Below, in pieces: positions 51,201 through 64,000 of a stretch of DNA of 64,000 nt. The position numbers and the translations under genes were made by a program. The notes beneath the pieces are model-generated. The model worked only from the letters and a program-made list of their open reading frames with translations, was not told the origin of the DNA and did not search any database. Each line of letters begins with the position of its first letter. Position 1 is the first letter of the stretch. Source of the stretch: Balanoglossus misakiensis (Eukaryota > Animalia > Hemichordata); contig CM082578.2 of assembly GCA_040954595.2 (NCBI GenBank), positions 13,112,304 through 13,176,303 of the forward strand, read 5' to 3'.

Positions 51201-54200
51201 CTTCCCCCATGCTAGACCTGCATGGCCATGTTTGTAGGTGGTCCGACACTAAGGATGTGGGATGAGCAAAACACCACACGTTAAAGGTCGATCGCCAGAA
51301 GTCAATGACGTGAAGATGGCAAAGACAACGAGCAGTTCATTGATTTCTGAGGGTCGATGCACCCCTTTGAATGCAATAAGATATAAGTTCAAAGTTATGG
51401 GATTATTTGTGAAATATGTTGACAAGTGACTATGGTGTTGAAAGGGTAGGACAAGAATAGGGCGGACACCAGATTGACAAGTCCCAGTCGACTTCCGCAG
51501 AGTCAAGCTTGCACTGATTCAAAAGCAAACAAGCTGGAGGTTGCCTGAGGGCTCAGTATCTCGTTTGCCGATGGCCAAAGAGCTTGACTGTGCCGATGAC
51601 CACCTCCTGGTAGCTGCCAGCAATAACAGCAAGATCTGAGGTCAAGTTAAGACCTCAGCGTTTCCTTCAGAAAACATGAAACTGTCACATGAACCTGCAT
51701 TCCTTCAGAAAATGCACAACTGCCAACTGAAATGGATTTTTGACACAACCCAGCAGCTGTCATGGCATGCATTTAATTCTTGCATCTGATACGATAATAA
51801 CTTAATAAAAAAATATGAAAAACCAACAAATTTGCACCATTCCTGATTAATCAATCGTGAAAATGTTGCTGCTGAACTGAACCAGCCTGAACAGCCAAAC
51901 AAAATCAGAATATCATTCCACTTCACTGCTGGCTCGTACATGCAATGTGCTTGACCGCCTATCAATCAAAAGCTGAGCACAACTGCTGGTTCAAAAATGC
52001 GTCAAATTCCAAACATGCAAGTGCTTTTACTTTATGCTGGATATGAATGTATGTCACATGGGAAAGCATACATGCATTCTCAACTTTCCCAGTTGCATAA
52101 TCAGATTTACCATGTCAACACCTACCACAGCTAAATTAGGATTTTCTGCCATTAGTAATTTCAGAAACTCTGCCAGATCTTCATCCACCTGATTCACAGA
52201 CTCTTCTTCAGCCCTGCAAATAATCGGAGTGACATTTAAGGATATACATGAACTGGAAGATTTTGAACCCTCCATCGCTATACCGCCAATATAAAAATAC
52301 ACAATTCATATTTTAAAATACATACATGTATCTGAAAAAATTCACTGCATGTCAGAAAATGCATAGCATATTGCTCCACTAAAACATTTGCAAAAGAGCT
52401 TCAAACACAGTACATTTTATTTTCCAAGCAAAGCACATCCTCACACACTTCAACCAACATACCTGTGGCCAGCATTCAAATCTATGGCCGCCCACTTGGC
52501 AGGATGGTCTTGTTGGAAGAACTCCCTGGTATAGTTGAAGAGATACTCATGCAGCATATGATCGCCATCACACAGGCCAGCCCAAGTGTTGGCTTCAACC
52601 TGCAAAAAGCATGAACTGTGTTATACATGAAACGCCTTGCATACTAAGGCTCCCATCAATGTGACCTTTTGGTTTGAATTGTTCTACGAAACAATCACCT
52701 TTTTACAATCGACAAGGCTTTCCTGTTTATAGTAAACATACACGGATACCGTTCTTAACAGCCGTTTCACATACTTCTCATTTTTAAATCTTTAGAAGAT
52801 TGTTTATGAATCACTTCAAGTGATGTAACGGTATGTTACAGTCCATTTTACATGCCAAAGACTTGCATGGATTGTTTGCAGAGGCAAAGTAAAAGTTTCA
52901 CATGGTTCCAAACGTTTCAACGACGTTTTACGCAGCAATATTAAAACTAAAATCATACGCACCTCTTTGTTTTCATGTTTCATCCAGCCGTGTTCAACAT
53001 GGGGTAAAGTCGGTGGCTGATAATGGCATTCCTGCGGAAAAATTGGGAGAGAAAGGATAGAAACCAGGATATATTTTAATACACAAACCACCGAGTGCAC
53101 ACTGACAGAGATTGACAGCAGAGCTGCAAGATGTCAAGTACCTTGTTAGGAGTTTTCAGATTTTATGGTCAACGAAGGGAGAAAGCTTGAAAGCAAGGCA
53201 TCGGTCAGTCTCTTGAATTTGCTATTTTTGGATATCTGAAACAGTTTGGTGAACTGACAGCTGCAGAGAGTTTGGTTGCATTTGCTTTCTGTTCCCTTGT
53301 TTGAATGAGACTGTCTTTAAACCATCAGTTTCGACACGTGTTACTTCAAGATCAACAGCAACGGGAAGGGAGGGTCAGCATCTGACAGAGGGTCATATAA
53401 AAAAGTGCTCAATAAAGTTTTATGAGATATTTATTGAAAAGCAGAAGTTTACTAACTCACGATAAATCAAGTGCTTGCTAACTCTACCTCACACTTTAAG
53501 GATGGTGTATAATGTGAATAAAAGTATCAAGTCTGTAAGCGGGGGACCTCATGAGTATTGCCAATGAATCATTTAAAAATATTATGCACACACATACACA
53601 AGAGGAATGTGTTCCAAATAGACCACATGGACCTTAAAACATTATAGTGAGTGAACACTGGACTAAGAAGACGGACGGATGGGTGTGTGTGTGCGTTTGT
53701 TTGGTGGGTGGAAGGATGGACCATGATAACTTCAACTCGTGATATGAACTCGTGATACAACTTGGTAGAAACCAGGATGAAACCCAATGTAAACATCTGG
53801 AAAAGTTAACTCATCAAGAACAGCCAAGGTAAAGGTCTCACAGATCATATTTCACAACCTCTCTGCTTGTCCATCAGGACAAATTTAGTGACTGTGGTGA
53901 GGACAACGTTAACTAGGAAAACCTTTTTAATTACAGCCTTCTTTTCGTAAACCCATGGATAGAATTTAGGCTATAAATTAAGAAATCCATTTAATGTCAA
54001 CTGAGCATGTTACAAGAATTAGCATTGACATACACACAAGCACACAGACTGACATTAGCATGGTGCCAACATGACCAAGATTTGATTTTAATGAATGTGT
54101 ACAGACTGAGGCAGTCACCAATTTATGGGATTGATACCTATACGAACTCTCTTAACTCCCTGCTTCCTGTTTGAGTCAAAGTTCATGCCCTTCAAAATAT

Positions 54201-57200
54201 GTGTCGAAGATATCATTTGGTAGAAATAGCTTTTAATTGCTTAACACTTATGGAGTGCAGGCCGACATGTCAGTGTTCTTTAACACAAACATATATCCAC
54301 CAGGGTTCATACGAACTCAAATGCATTCAATATTCAAGGACTCTGCTAGAGTATTTCCAATGCTTTTCAACTGGGGTTTGTGGTCAAAAATGTCATTTCT
54401 TCAGGAGTGACTATATGTATGGTGTGAAAAGCTGCTGAACTCAAGAAGACTTACTTTGCATGGTGTTCTTGTTCCCATCATGCCACTGCTGTTGTCGATA
54501 CCATAGAATGTAAGATAACCTCGCTTGGCCGCATACTGCCATATCCATTCACGCACACTTTTAGCATACCTGTTTATACGAATGAGTTTGAATTGTTCTC
54601 GTGAGTCTGGGATAAAGCTAAAAGAAGCCCACCTTGTTGACCATAACAAAATATTGCTGTAAGTGCCAGTTGGGCTATAAAAATAAGTGGTTCTGTTCCA
54701 CAGCAGGAACTGTTAGCTTTCACTCATCATCCTACATGTGTACATCCTACACCTATATGAAAAACTTTGTTCCCAACACTTTATGGATCATAGATCTTTC
54801 ATACAAACGGTGCATTAATATCATATATTCCCAACAAAGCATGGTGAGCCTTGGGTGAACTACTCACAATGCTTTCTTCAATTTCTCTTCATCAATGTTG
54901 TCATAGTATTCTCCAGAAAACATTGGTGTTAGATTGAGAACTGTAGACCCAGCCAGTGCATTCAGTCTGTTGAAGAGGAATGCTTGGTATGGAAGTCTGT
55001 CTGTACCAGGGTTTCTGTGATCTGTAGAATAAACAAAAGAAATAATCACACATCTCAGCTATTTTAGAATGCCCGCTGCAGATGAGAGGTAAAACTAAAA
55101 TCATTTTGATGCGTGAAGCGTTATCATGTGTATATAATCCAGACACAGTTCAGGTTAAAGTTCCATGATACGAAACAGGCCTACTGTATACAGGGACAGA
55201 GCAGTACTAACACTTCATATAGGAAAGAGTATGTTCTTATTTGTAAAATATCATTTTTTTGATATCTTTGCTAACACAGAAATCAGCAAACAAACAAATA
55301 TTATCTTTGAATAGGGTTGTGAACAAACAAAACAGACAAATAAAAACCAAATAACCAATGCTTGTTATTGACAATTATATGTACAACACACAGCTTTATT
55401 GTACATGTAGTTCAAAATCATCCTACACAAACAGAATTCTGCAGAAACACCTGCAGACACACACACACACTAACAAACAAATGCCAAAGTTCTTTCTCAT
55501 TCGCAAAGACCATCAAACAATGCAGTATATCTTCAAACCAAGCTTCCATTGCTCAAATGAACTTCCGAGAAAACAATCCTAAGCAAACCCCAGTGTTACC
55601 CTATCAAAACTTTGCCACCGCCAATTTAATACAAACCTTTTGATAGTCTGGCAGATGCCAATTTAAAGAACACTTTGAAACACCCAGACACTATCTTTTA
55701 GGGTTAAAATAACACCCCAGGAAGTGGCAACAATTCAGAAAATACTTGGGAGTCAATTAGGGTAAGGTGAAACACTGAGGCTGGGACATAACTTTTCTAT
55801 CAGGGAGGTAGGAGTTGAATTTGTTTTTACATGGTTGAAATTGCAGGAGTGACTTTCTAACACAAATGCAGCTTTCGTACAAAAACAACTTCAGATTAAT
55901 AGATAAACAAAAGAAAAGGACTGGAATGTACTGGTATGTGTGAACATTGTGATGGATAAGACGTACCAGCCGCAGTTGGCTATAGCTATCTTCACTGTGA
56001 ACCAGTGCATATTTCATTTGTTTCCGCTAGGGTGGGGAATATGTTTACAGTACATGGAGAAATACCAGGTACACAAGGTTTTAAATTATTATGGAGTCAC
56101 ACCCAAGGTGTTACCACATAATAACTAATGCCGACATGTTGCAGCAGTGACAAAAGACTTGCGTTCGCAAACCGTACTTTGCAGTTTCTAGTCCGAAACT
56201 GAGGCCACTGAAAACGATGTGAATATGGAGAGTGGGGAGGTCAGTGACCCAGGAGCACAGACCACAAATACTTCCAACTTCATCTTCAGTCCTTTGAGGA
56301 TATATTTTGTTTAAATTAATCAACACCACTGATCTCGAGGGAATGGATGGCCCTTTTCACCCTGACCCTCCACTTAAAGGCACCTAAAAGTACAGTGCAT
56401 TAGCCCTGGTTCCAATTACTTAATTGCGGACTAATTGAATGGCAATTAAAGATGAACAAATTACCATTACAAGAGTGCTGATGTAAAATCCATTTGAAGA
56501 TAGGATGGATAATCATGGTTGATCTGGGAGTATCACTAATAAATTGCGTTGCAATGTAAATGCATTGTAAATGCAATGTCTTTCTTTTTTATTTTATCTC
56601 CCAATAAAAAAGGGACGACCGACAAAGTTTTTCCTTGTTATTGATCTGTCCATCAGAAAGAGACACTCAATATTTTCATGTGGTTACAAGAACACATTAA
56701 CCTTGACATCAGCCCTCATCAATCCTGCCTTTGCTTGATCATAAAGTCTGCTCGAGCAGTTATTTATACTAAGAGTATGACAGAGGGGAAAATAAATTCT
56801 CTTGGACTCTTCAGGGGATGAGCAGCAGTTGTTAGATTCATTTACATTCCGGTCAGGAATCTAAAACACAGCATCACAGGAGAGTATTAATTGAAATACA
56901 ATACAGCGTATGGGAGGAGGAGGTTGAATGTCAAGTGTGGCCACTGTATAAAAACAAGCATGTTTTCAATCAAAGAGGCTCCTGTTGGTACATGTACATT
57001 TAACAGGTCCCCAAACTGGTCTGAAATGCACAGTAAAATAACCAGAAGAAGATTTACAAGTACATGTACACATACACACTGACATACCCAACACACACAC
57101 TTGCCTGCAAACTGTCTGTAGTACATCTGATTCAGAAGAGCCATTGTTTTGGGAAGGCCGCATTTTCTGTGAGCGTGTGCCCTGGAGAGTGAATCCAAGG

Positions 57201-60200
57201 TGATGACCAGCACCGACAACGGTTTCCATGATGGCTCTCGTCTCCTCGTCTCCAGGTACTTTTCGAACTGGTCTACGTTGATGGTCACATTTTTGATGAA
57301 CTGGGTGTGATAGTTATGGATGTCCCTGTCACTGTACACATTAAAAATACGAAAGAAATCAAGGTTGATGTACTTGCTCGTGCAATATGCAAGCAATTTC
57401 ACTATGAAAAGATGTAAATCTGACAAATGTAACTAATAATTTTCCAGTATTTTATTGTTAACCCACTGCCAGTTTTATGTTCTACTCCCTACAACATGTT
57501 GACAAGTCCTCTACTCAGCTTGTTAGTTATATATGATTATTATGTCTCTGCCTGTTTGACTGATTTCTACCATCACCGTTTGTATAACCAGAATTAAAAT
57601 TCTTGACAGTGGATCAGTTTTGTGGTCCCTTGCTAGACTGCAGTTGAGCAATCCTCCAACACAATGTAATTATATAGAGATTGATTTGACTAGATCCAAT
57701 TTCACACATCATTACTTTTCACTTTTTTCAAGGTTGTGACCTTATATCCATGTCCCCTCAACCAAACATGTTTGGAAAACATAGTGGCAACAGTTTGCAT
57801 CATCCCTATATGATTGCAAGGGGAATATTTTTGCCATAGCTACCACCCGCAGCGAGTCACGTTGGTCTTATTAAATTCAAGGCTCATGGATGCACTGCCC
57901 TTGTGTGTTCTGTCTGACCACATGCACGACCAAACACAATATGATATACAGCTATCAGCAATAATTTATTTCAGTAAAGTTGATCTTAGTATAAAAATAC
58001 CTATCTACCTGTTACCTTTACAGTAATTTGTATGTGTTCATTTGGAAAGTCATACTCATTGACACAGTCAAACAAATCACATCATTTGGCCAAAAGAGAC
58101 ATTAAATGGTATGGCAGCTTAGAAAGTATTCACCAATTAATTCTCAGTTTTACATACATATGTATATGTAACCATGCATAGCCCAGCTTCTCATAACTCA
58201 ACAATGTGGCCATCAAATTGCTGCAAATCGTCCAACGATGTCAATGGCAGAGAGTATCGAGCTAGGCAACAATCCTTGTGCAATAATTATCAGTTTAGGG
58301 GCTAGTCCCTGCTAGTACTGAGTCAGGACACATATTCCACATTGAATGGACACACGTTCTGATTGTCCCTGGAAAAGGCTGCCTGGGGGAGGGGGGGATA
58401 AGTTAATAGCTCAAAAACCACAAAACCATGGACACTTGGTAAAGTCTAGACACCAACTCTATTATCATGGTCCTTTTTTAATGAACCGTGAAATCAAAAC
58501 AAACTTGCCCTGGGAGAGGCATGACTTCCTGACTATATCACTACCAGATGTTTGGTTTCCAATATTGAAAACCAACTATAGTCACCACTTAAACCACGGG
58601 CGTTTCGGACAAAAAACGCTGCTCTGGCGATAATGGTGGGATTGAGATTAACAATACACTTCACACTCAGGTATGCATACAGCCTTGAGATGTGCATACC
58701 TCTTGAACAAACGCCATAACTGGGTGGTATTCTTGTAAAAGTGCATTTTACATTTGTAATTTGAAGTTTATTCACTTGAAACTAAAGTGGCTATACCTGT
58801 CAGCAGTGTCTCTGTGTACAGTCAGCCAGCTACATGTACCGTAGCTAGGTCAGACACAAAGTACATTCCAAACATTGATATGGAGCTCCTGGAATTACCC
58901 AAAGCCATATCAGGCCTTCACTGTCTGTACCATGTACACATATACAGTAGATGTACAGTAAGGTTTCTCTCAAGCGATACACTTCCATGCAGGCCTGAGC
59001 TGGTCATGTCTTCCCAGAGAAGTAAAATCACTATAGTGGTCTTCATTCCTGCAGTGTTATACATTTTTGCATATTTTGTGATAGACTAAGTCACATTTTG
59101 TGATGATTTATATAAAATCCACCCCTGGCTGTTTTCCAGGTCTGCAAAAATGGTGTCTGGAAATCACCAGGATGACTTCAAGACCAAGATTGTGAGGGCA
59201 ATACTGGACATGAATGGTGACAGCTTCAATGGGAATATTGCACCACAGATAACAAATTCCAAGAGTACAGTGATCTTGGATTGTGGTCATCTCTGGCAGA
59301 TGATACAATTTGTTTTCACAGCTACAATGTTTGTGATTCTTTCACACACAGTAAAAAGCGACATGTTTGTGTTGACCTTTTTGGCCGAAAGCCACTTTGG
59401 TGACCAGTCTCCAGCGAGCGACACAATGACTACAAAATGATATTTTCTATTATTTCACTTGATTCAATAGACCTGACACTTGACTTGCTAGTATAGTGCT
59501 TTGTCGCTGTTCTCACAAATGCGACAGATTAAATTAGCATACTGCACTGAAAGTCAGCCATGCATGCAACTCCGGGTACTGTAACTCACAATCAGCTACA
59601 GTAAAACTTTGCCAAATTTATTGTTGTTGTTTTGTTTTTTTGAAGTACTGTCACCCAGGGCTCAGATCAACCAGAACTGCATTCAGAGTTGGAAGGAAAC
59701 GGAAAGACAGTTTGCAGCTGGTTGAGAACTGTGTATCTAGCACATGGCATGTTGGTACATGTTAAAAGGCTACCACAGCTGTTGCCAGTTGAAAGATTCC
59801 TTCATCATGTACATGTAACACATGCACTTTGCCAGTTATGAAAACTTAGATACTATGTTCATGTTTGTACTACTGGTCTTTAAAATCAAACTCATTAATG
59901 TAATAGTTGGCCACACACTCAAAAAAAAAAATTAGTACGCGTCGACTTACCTCTCATCTTTGCACACAACATCAGCATAGGTCGACTTCATAGGAATGGA
60001 CGTTGGTCCTTCCAGATACTTCCACTTTGGTAGACGTGTGAATCGTCCATTTTCGTCAGGTAACTCCCATTCTGTCCTCTCCACAAAATTCACTCTGACA
60101 AGTCCTGGACATCTTATGTGTATTGTACTGTAAAGGACAAAAAAATGTATTACAAAGTTTGATGATAATAGAATCATTTCAAAGACAGTATATTTTCCAA

Positions 60201-63200
60201 TGTGTTTTTATTTAAAAATGAAAAGTATTTTTACTACTCTTTAATTTTTTTAGTACCCTTTTGTATGAAAATACAATATGTGCATGTCAATTTTTATTGT
60301 GCTGACCCTTGTCTGCAACCTGAGTGTCCTCCAACCTGTAACTCAACCAAGTAACTACATTCATGCAGAACATGTTGAAGTCAATGTCAACATGACATAC
60401 AGTCTAACCATGAGCAATGGAACACAAACCAGGACTATATTGAAGGTGTTATGTGTGGATCATGTCAATAATTCTATGCATGTACAACTATGCATGTGCG
60501 ACTATGAGCAGTCACTGTCTACTGCCTCCATTATCTTCATACTGGCCTCACTGGGGTGATTTTTTATTGACCAGACTGGCTTTAAAACTGGGCCAGGAGG
60601 ACATAAGACCAGTTTGCAAATGACTTGAATGCAAACTGTGATTACCTAACACTACATCACCACTCAGAATGCCCATTAAAAACCCTGTTCTTTGACGTCA
60701 GAACACTGAGTATGTGTATACACAAAACAAAACACCCTAAAATGCAGGACAAATTCGAGTCGTCAACTTCGCTTTGATTCCTCACCGCTAGTGGATCGAG
60801 GATGAAAAGCACCACAACAATCTGTAATAACATGAACATTTTCTACAACTTACACGTAATACGGCAATTAATCTTTCACAAAATCCAGAGCAAGCATATA
60901 TGGCACATTTACATCTCAAAGAATGAAGCCATTTTTTAAGTGTTATGTTTACCCCAAACAAACCATTACACATGCCGCTTGCTCCAGGAATTTGAGTTCT
61001 AAAGACACAATTACTAGTGAAGTAAAAACACCCAAGGGCGAGGTGACATTGCTGATCAACTGCACTGAGGATGTACGTCAACTGTGTGTTGTTTCTATAG
61101 CCTTCCTTTTCTTTCACTTTTCCTCCTCATTGTTTGTGTGGTTTTAATTGTTTTATCGCTGTCCTAGTTTGCCTTTGTACTTTAACTCTTTTAACTGCTG
61201 AGTAGACATTTTGGCAGAAGCAACCGCAGTGATCGAGCTCAGGTTGCAGCCTTTGAAATAATTCAGGAATATTATAGCACATGTGTATGCAATTTCCAGC
61301 AAAACAATGTACATGTACAGTCAAACCTCTGTTAGTGGCCACCTCTATATAGGGGCCACCTCTACATAGTGGCCACTTTGTTACGGTCCCTGTGCAATTT
61401 CAATTGGCCTGTATACAATGTATAAATGAAACAATGTATGCACTTGGGAGTAGTCTGACTGAGCTCTGATATCTGAGTTACAACATAGTACATGCATCTA
61501 AAGGACAGCATGTTACAAATCAAAACAGACAGAATTGAAATATAGCAACAGGCGTGTCACCTCAGAGTGACTTATATAGAATGCGTACATGTGATACCAG
61601 GATCAGATGACATAAGAGACACTTAATGTTTGCTGTTACCACAACTTCCTGACAAAATAAAACTCTTATCAAAAGGAAAATTATGGGGAGCTACAACTTA
61701 AGTCAACAGTACAAGAGTTGTCGAGTACCACAAAACAAATATAGCTGGCTCTTGATGTTAATGGGTTTGGGTGGATGGGTGGGGTGTTGGCAGACAGACT
61801 TAACAGGAAATTGGCTGCTTTGCGCTTCTGAACAAAACAGCTCCACTTGCTTGTAGTACAGGGAATTCTCAACCCATGCTCAACCAGACAGTTTGCTATT
61901 AACAGTTATGTAATCAAGCTATTTACAGGTCAGATCTTCACACTGAAGGTGACAGTAGATTCTCTTTGAAAAACTATTTGTTGTAAACAAGTGAATACCA
62001 CCATTAAAACTCAGAAGGGCACGAGTAGAACATGAGTTTCTAGCTAAAACTAAACGTAATTCTACTGAATGAGATAAAATTCAATGTTGGGGTAGTGACC
62101 GTAGCTTGTGTACGTACATCAAAGCATGTGTAAAAGATGTATAAAGTCGTGATCCACCACTACCGGGCCATTCTTTGCATGGCTATCTTGTCATTGTCCA
62201 CAGTGTCATCTTCATAATAGAGCTGTTGGACCTCACAGTGGGCTGGTTTGTTGATGTAATTTGGGGCTCTACTACAGTTGTTATTAAAATTACCACGTGA
62301 ATACAGAGGCCTATATACCCTGAATCCCTTTCATTCTGCAACACAGCCGTGCAGACTGCAATTCAATGACAATACCTACTGCTAATGGTACATGTACAGC
62401 AAAACCCTTCTGAACTGAACCCTGTCTAATCTGGAAACCTGTCTATACCGAACACCCTGTCCATTCCCCTTCAAATAAAGCCACATGTTAAAAGAACCTC
62501 TATAAACCAGACACCTCTGCAAACAGAACAATATTCTCGGTCCCTTTGCTGTCCGGTTTAGACAGGTTTTACTGTATTTATGAAGTGGATAGGACAGGTA
62601 TAGATTGGCTACATGTGCAACACAACTATCCAAAGTACTACACTGTTAAAGCTGTCATCGACTTCTACCGGAAATTTGACAACAAATGGAACTGATTGTA
62701 TAACACTGTCCAATTTACGCTGGGTCGTCTGCATACAGCCGAGTGTGCTGCTGGTATGTGACAATTACCGAGCGGCTACAACTAACTGTTATTGCCCATT
62801 CGGATACCATTTACCACAGTCACGACCTGCTGATTCACTGGAAATTGAAGTCACATGTACAACTGCAATGACCCGTTGGCCATGTATACTTCAATCTGCA
62901 GCAGAGCAGACAGTCCAAACAATTGGCAAATGGATTTATTTACACCACACAGAAATCACTTGAGAAGATGGAAGCATGTGGTAGCTGGCTTTGCTTCGTC
63001 TGTATGTACATAACAGAGAGATAATCCATGACCAACAATCACAGACATTATAAAAAATCTGCTGAACATACAGCAACTTTTTAATAATTATTAGAGGGTT
63101 GGACAATAATTACATTAGTATAATCTCACCTGGTGTCCCTGTCAAAATGTGAAAAAGTTTCTGCAAGATTGCACTTCCAGCGTATATCTTTAATGCATAC

Positions 63201-63376
63201 GTGCGCCACGTGCTCTGTTGGTAAGATACACTCGGAGTCAGTTTCTGGTCCAATAGCTTCCGTGAAGAGGTGACTTTCCAGTTCCTTGAGACGTCTGAAT
63301 TGGTTCCTGACGTAGGTGATCTTTTTCTTGACCTTCGTCAGACTGTAGGCTTCAGATCCATTGACGGACGATACAG
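48298..63376 (-). CDS. DUF229-family protein (alkaline phosphatase/sulfatase superfamily), 5'-partial; 14 exons in window, >660 aa
   Basis: Minus exons 63376-63130,60127-59951,57331-57105(GC donor),55021-54868,54617-54455,53031-52963,52599-52463,52213-52126,50463-50299,50005-49890,49681-49621,49503-49420,49255-49052,48396-48298, phases consistent. Motifs SVLVITLDSLSR..LPKT, FNRLNALAGSTVLNLTPMFSG, WIWQYAAKRGYLTFYGID, NAGH, VDEDLAEFL, ILMGDHG, ETLLPFLSMILP..NQQR..DLHKT, RSCEDAGFPSWSCVC, terminal YCVC. No start exon found inside the window. Confidence 0.85.
61318..61390 (+). mobile_element. Truncated Tc1/mariner (pogo-like) MITE end with internal GGCCAC(CTCTA) repeats
   Basis: TA|CAGTCAAACCTC terminus followed by three GGCCAC subterminal repeats; no matching right TIR found. 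Confidence 0.55.
62397..62574. mobile_element. 178-bp Tc1/mariner (pogo/Tigger-like) MITE with TA target-site duplication
   Basis: Left TA|CAGCAAAACCCTTCTGAACTG; right end reverse-complements to TA|CAGTAAAACCTGTCTAAACCG; internal repeats of the ACCTGTCTA motif. Confidence 0.85.
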
Positions 63377-64000
63377 CTGAAATCAGAAATGGATTCAAAT
63401 GTTATTACGTACACTTGACAACTTCTACTCAGGGGTCACTTATTCTTTAGGGGTTTTGCAACATATTTGTTAAAGAGTTGGCCACTTATAAGTTTAACAT
63501 ATACCGTACACATCACCAGGCTTTTTATGAGTGAAACAAAAATACTTATATTTATAATCCACAGCATACTTGAATTAATATAAATGCCACGCAACTACAT
63601 GAAATATCATATCATACAAAATAAGTAAATAGTCCAGAATCCAGATTTCTGGTGTTTTTTTGCTATACGCTTCAACTTAGTTCACAAACTGTGTGTGTAG
63701 CATAGCAAAAAGTTTATTGCGGAATTTTGAACTGAAATTGCAATGTGCAAATATGTGTATGCCCTGCTCGTTGCCATGGTGATAATACCACATACTGGTA
63801 CTGTGTTAAAGAATGTGAACCCTGAGTTTGCCCCAGCGGATTGTCAACGGGGAAGGCGATTATTAAAAAAAAGGTTTTTGACGCCTTTGAAGCCACCAGA
63901 GATTCTGAAACCCCTATCTCTTTTATTTCTAATCAAATACCCCATGAAGAGCATCGGGGAAGAGGTGTGAACTGGAGCGTGATGGTTTTGTCGGCCATTA

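Noticed and set aside
51570-51660. HDV-like ribozyme candidate (ACC-ACCTCCT-GGT plus hairpin CTGAGGTC/GACCTCAG)
   Set aside because: No matching P1, P1.1 GG or P2 pairing; only an isolated 8-bp hairpin is supported.
59110-59440. ORF 59150-59440 as a nested gene or RT fragment
   Set aside because: Only a vague resemblance; no diagnostic motif or consistent splice partners.
63743-63970. Plus-strand ORF with hydrophobic N-terminus
   Set aside because: Short, antisense within the presumed DUF229 intron, no supporting exon structure.

Overview
Intron-rich animal genomic DNA; the gene set, TACATGTA-rich introns and mosaic CpG depletion suggest an invertebrate bilaterian, but the taxon cannot be fixed from sequence. 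1-11493 is a very homogeneous 88-bp satellite (~130 copies). I then spliced four genes by hand with consistent intron phases. Gene A (+, 15996-27948, 28 exons, ~1878 aa) and gene C (+, 34388-46623, 27 exons, ~1876 aa) are anciently diverged paralogs with one shared architecture I cannot assign to a named family: signal peptide, Cys-rich/EGF, one cadherin domain, furin site RRKR, seven ~150-165 aa beta-rich repeats, a DUF11-like domain, a discoidin (FA58C) domain and an Asp-box C-terminal region, with no transmembrane segment. A PDGF/VEGF-family gene with CXCXC tail (-, 29357-31859) lies between them. A 5'-truncated DUF229/alkaline-phosphatase-superfamily gene (-, 48298->63376) occupies a CpG-depleted domain. 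Most notable: in both paralogs repeat 1 lacks the second conserved Cys and repeat 7 lacks the first, suggesting staggered inter-repeat disulfides, and the repeats resemble bacterial DUF11/isopeptide-type adhesin domains. Domain calls are from motif recognition, not database searches.
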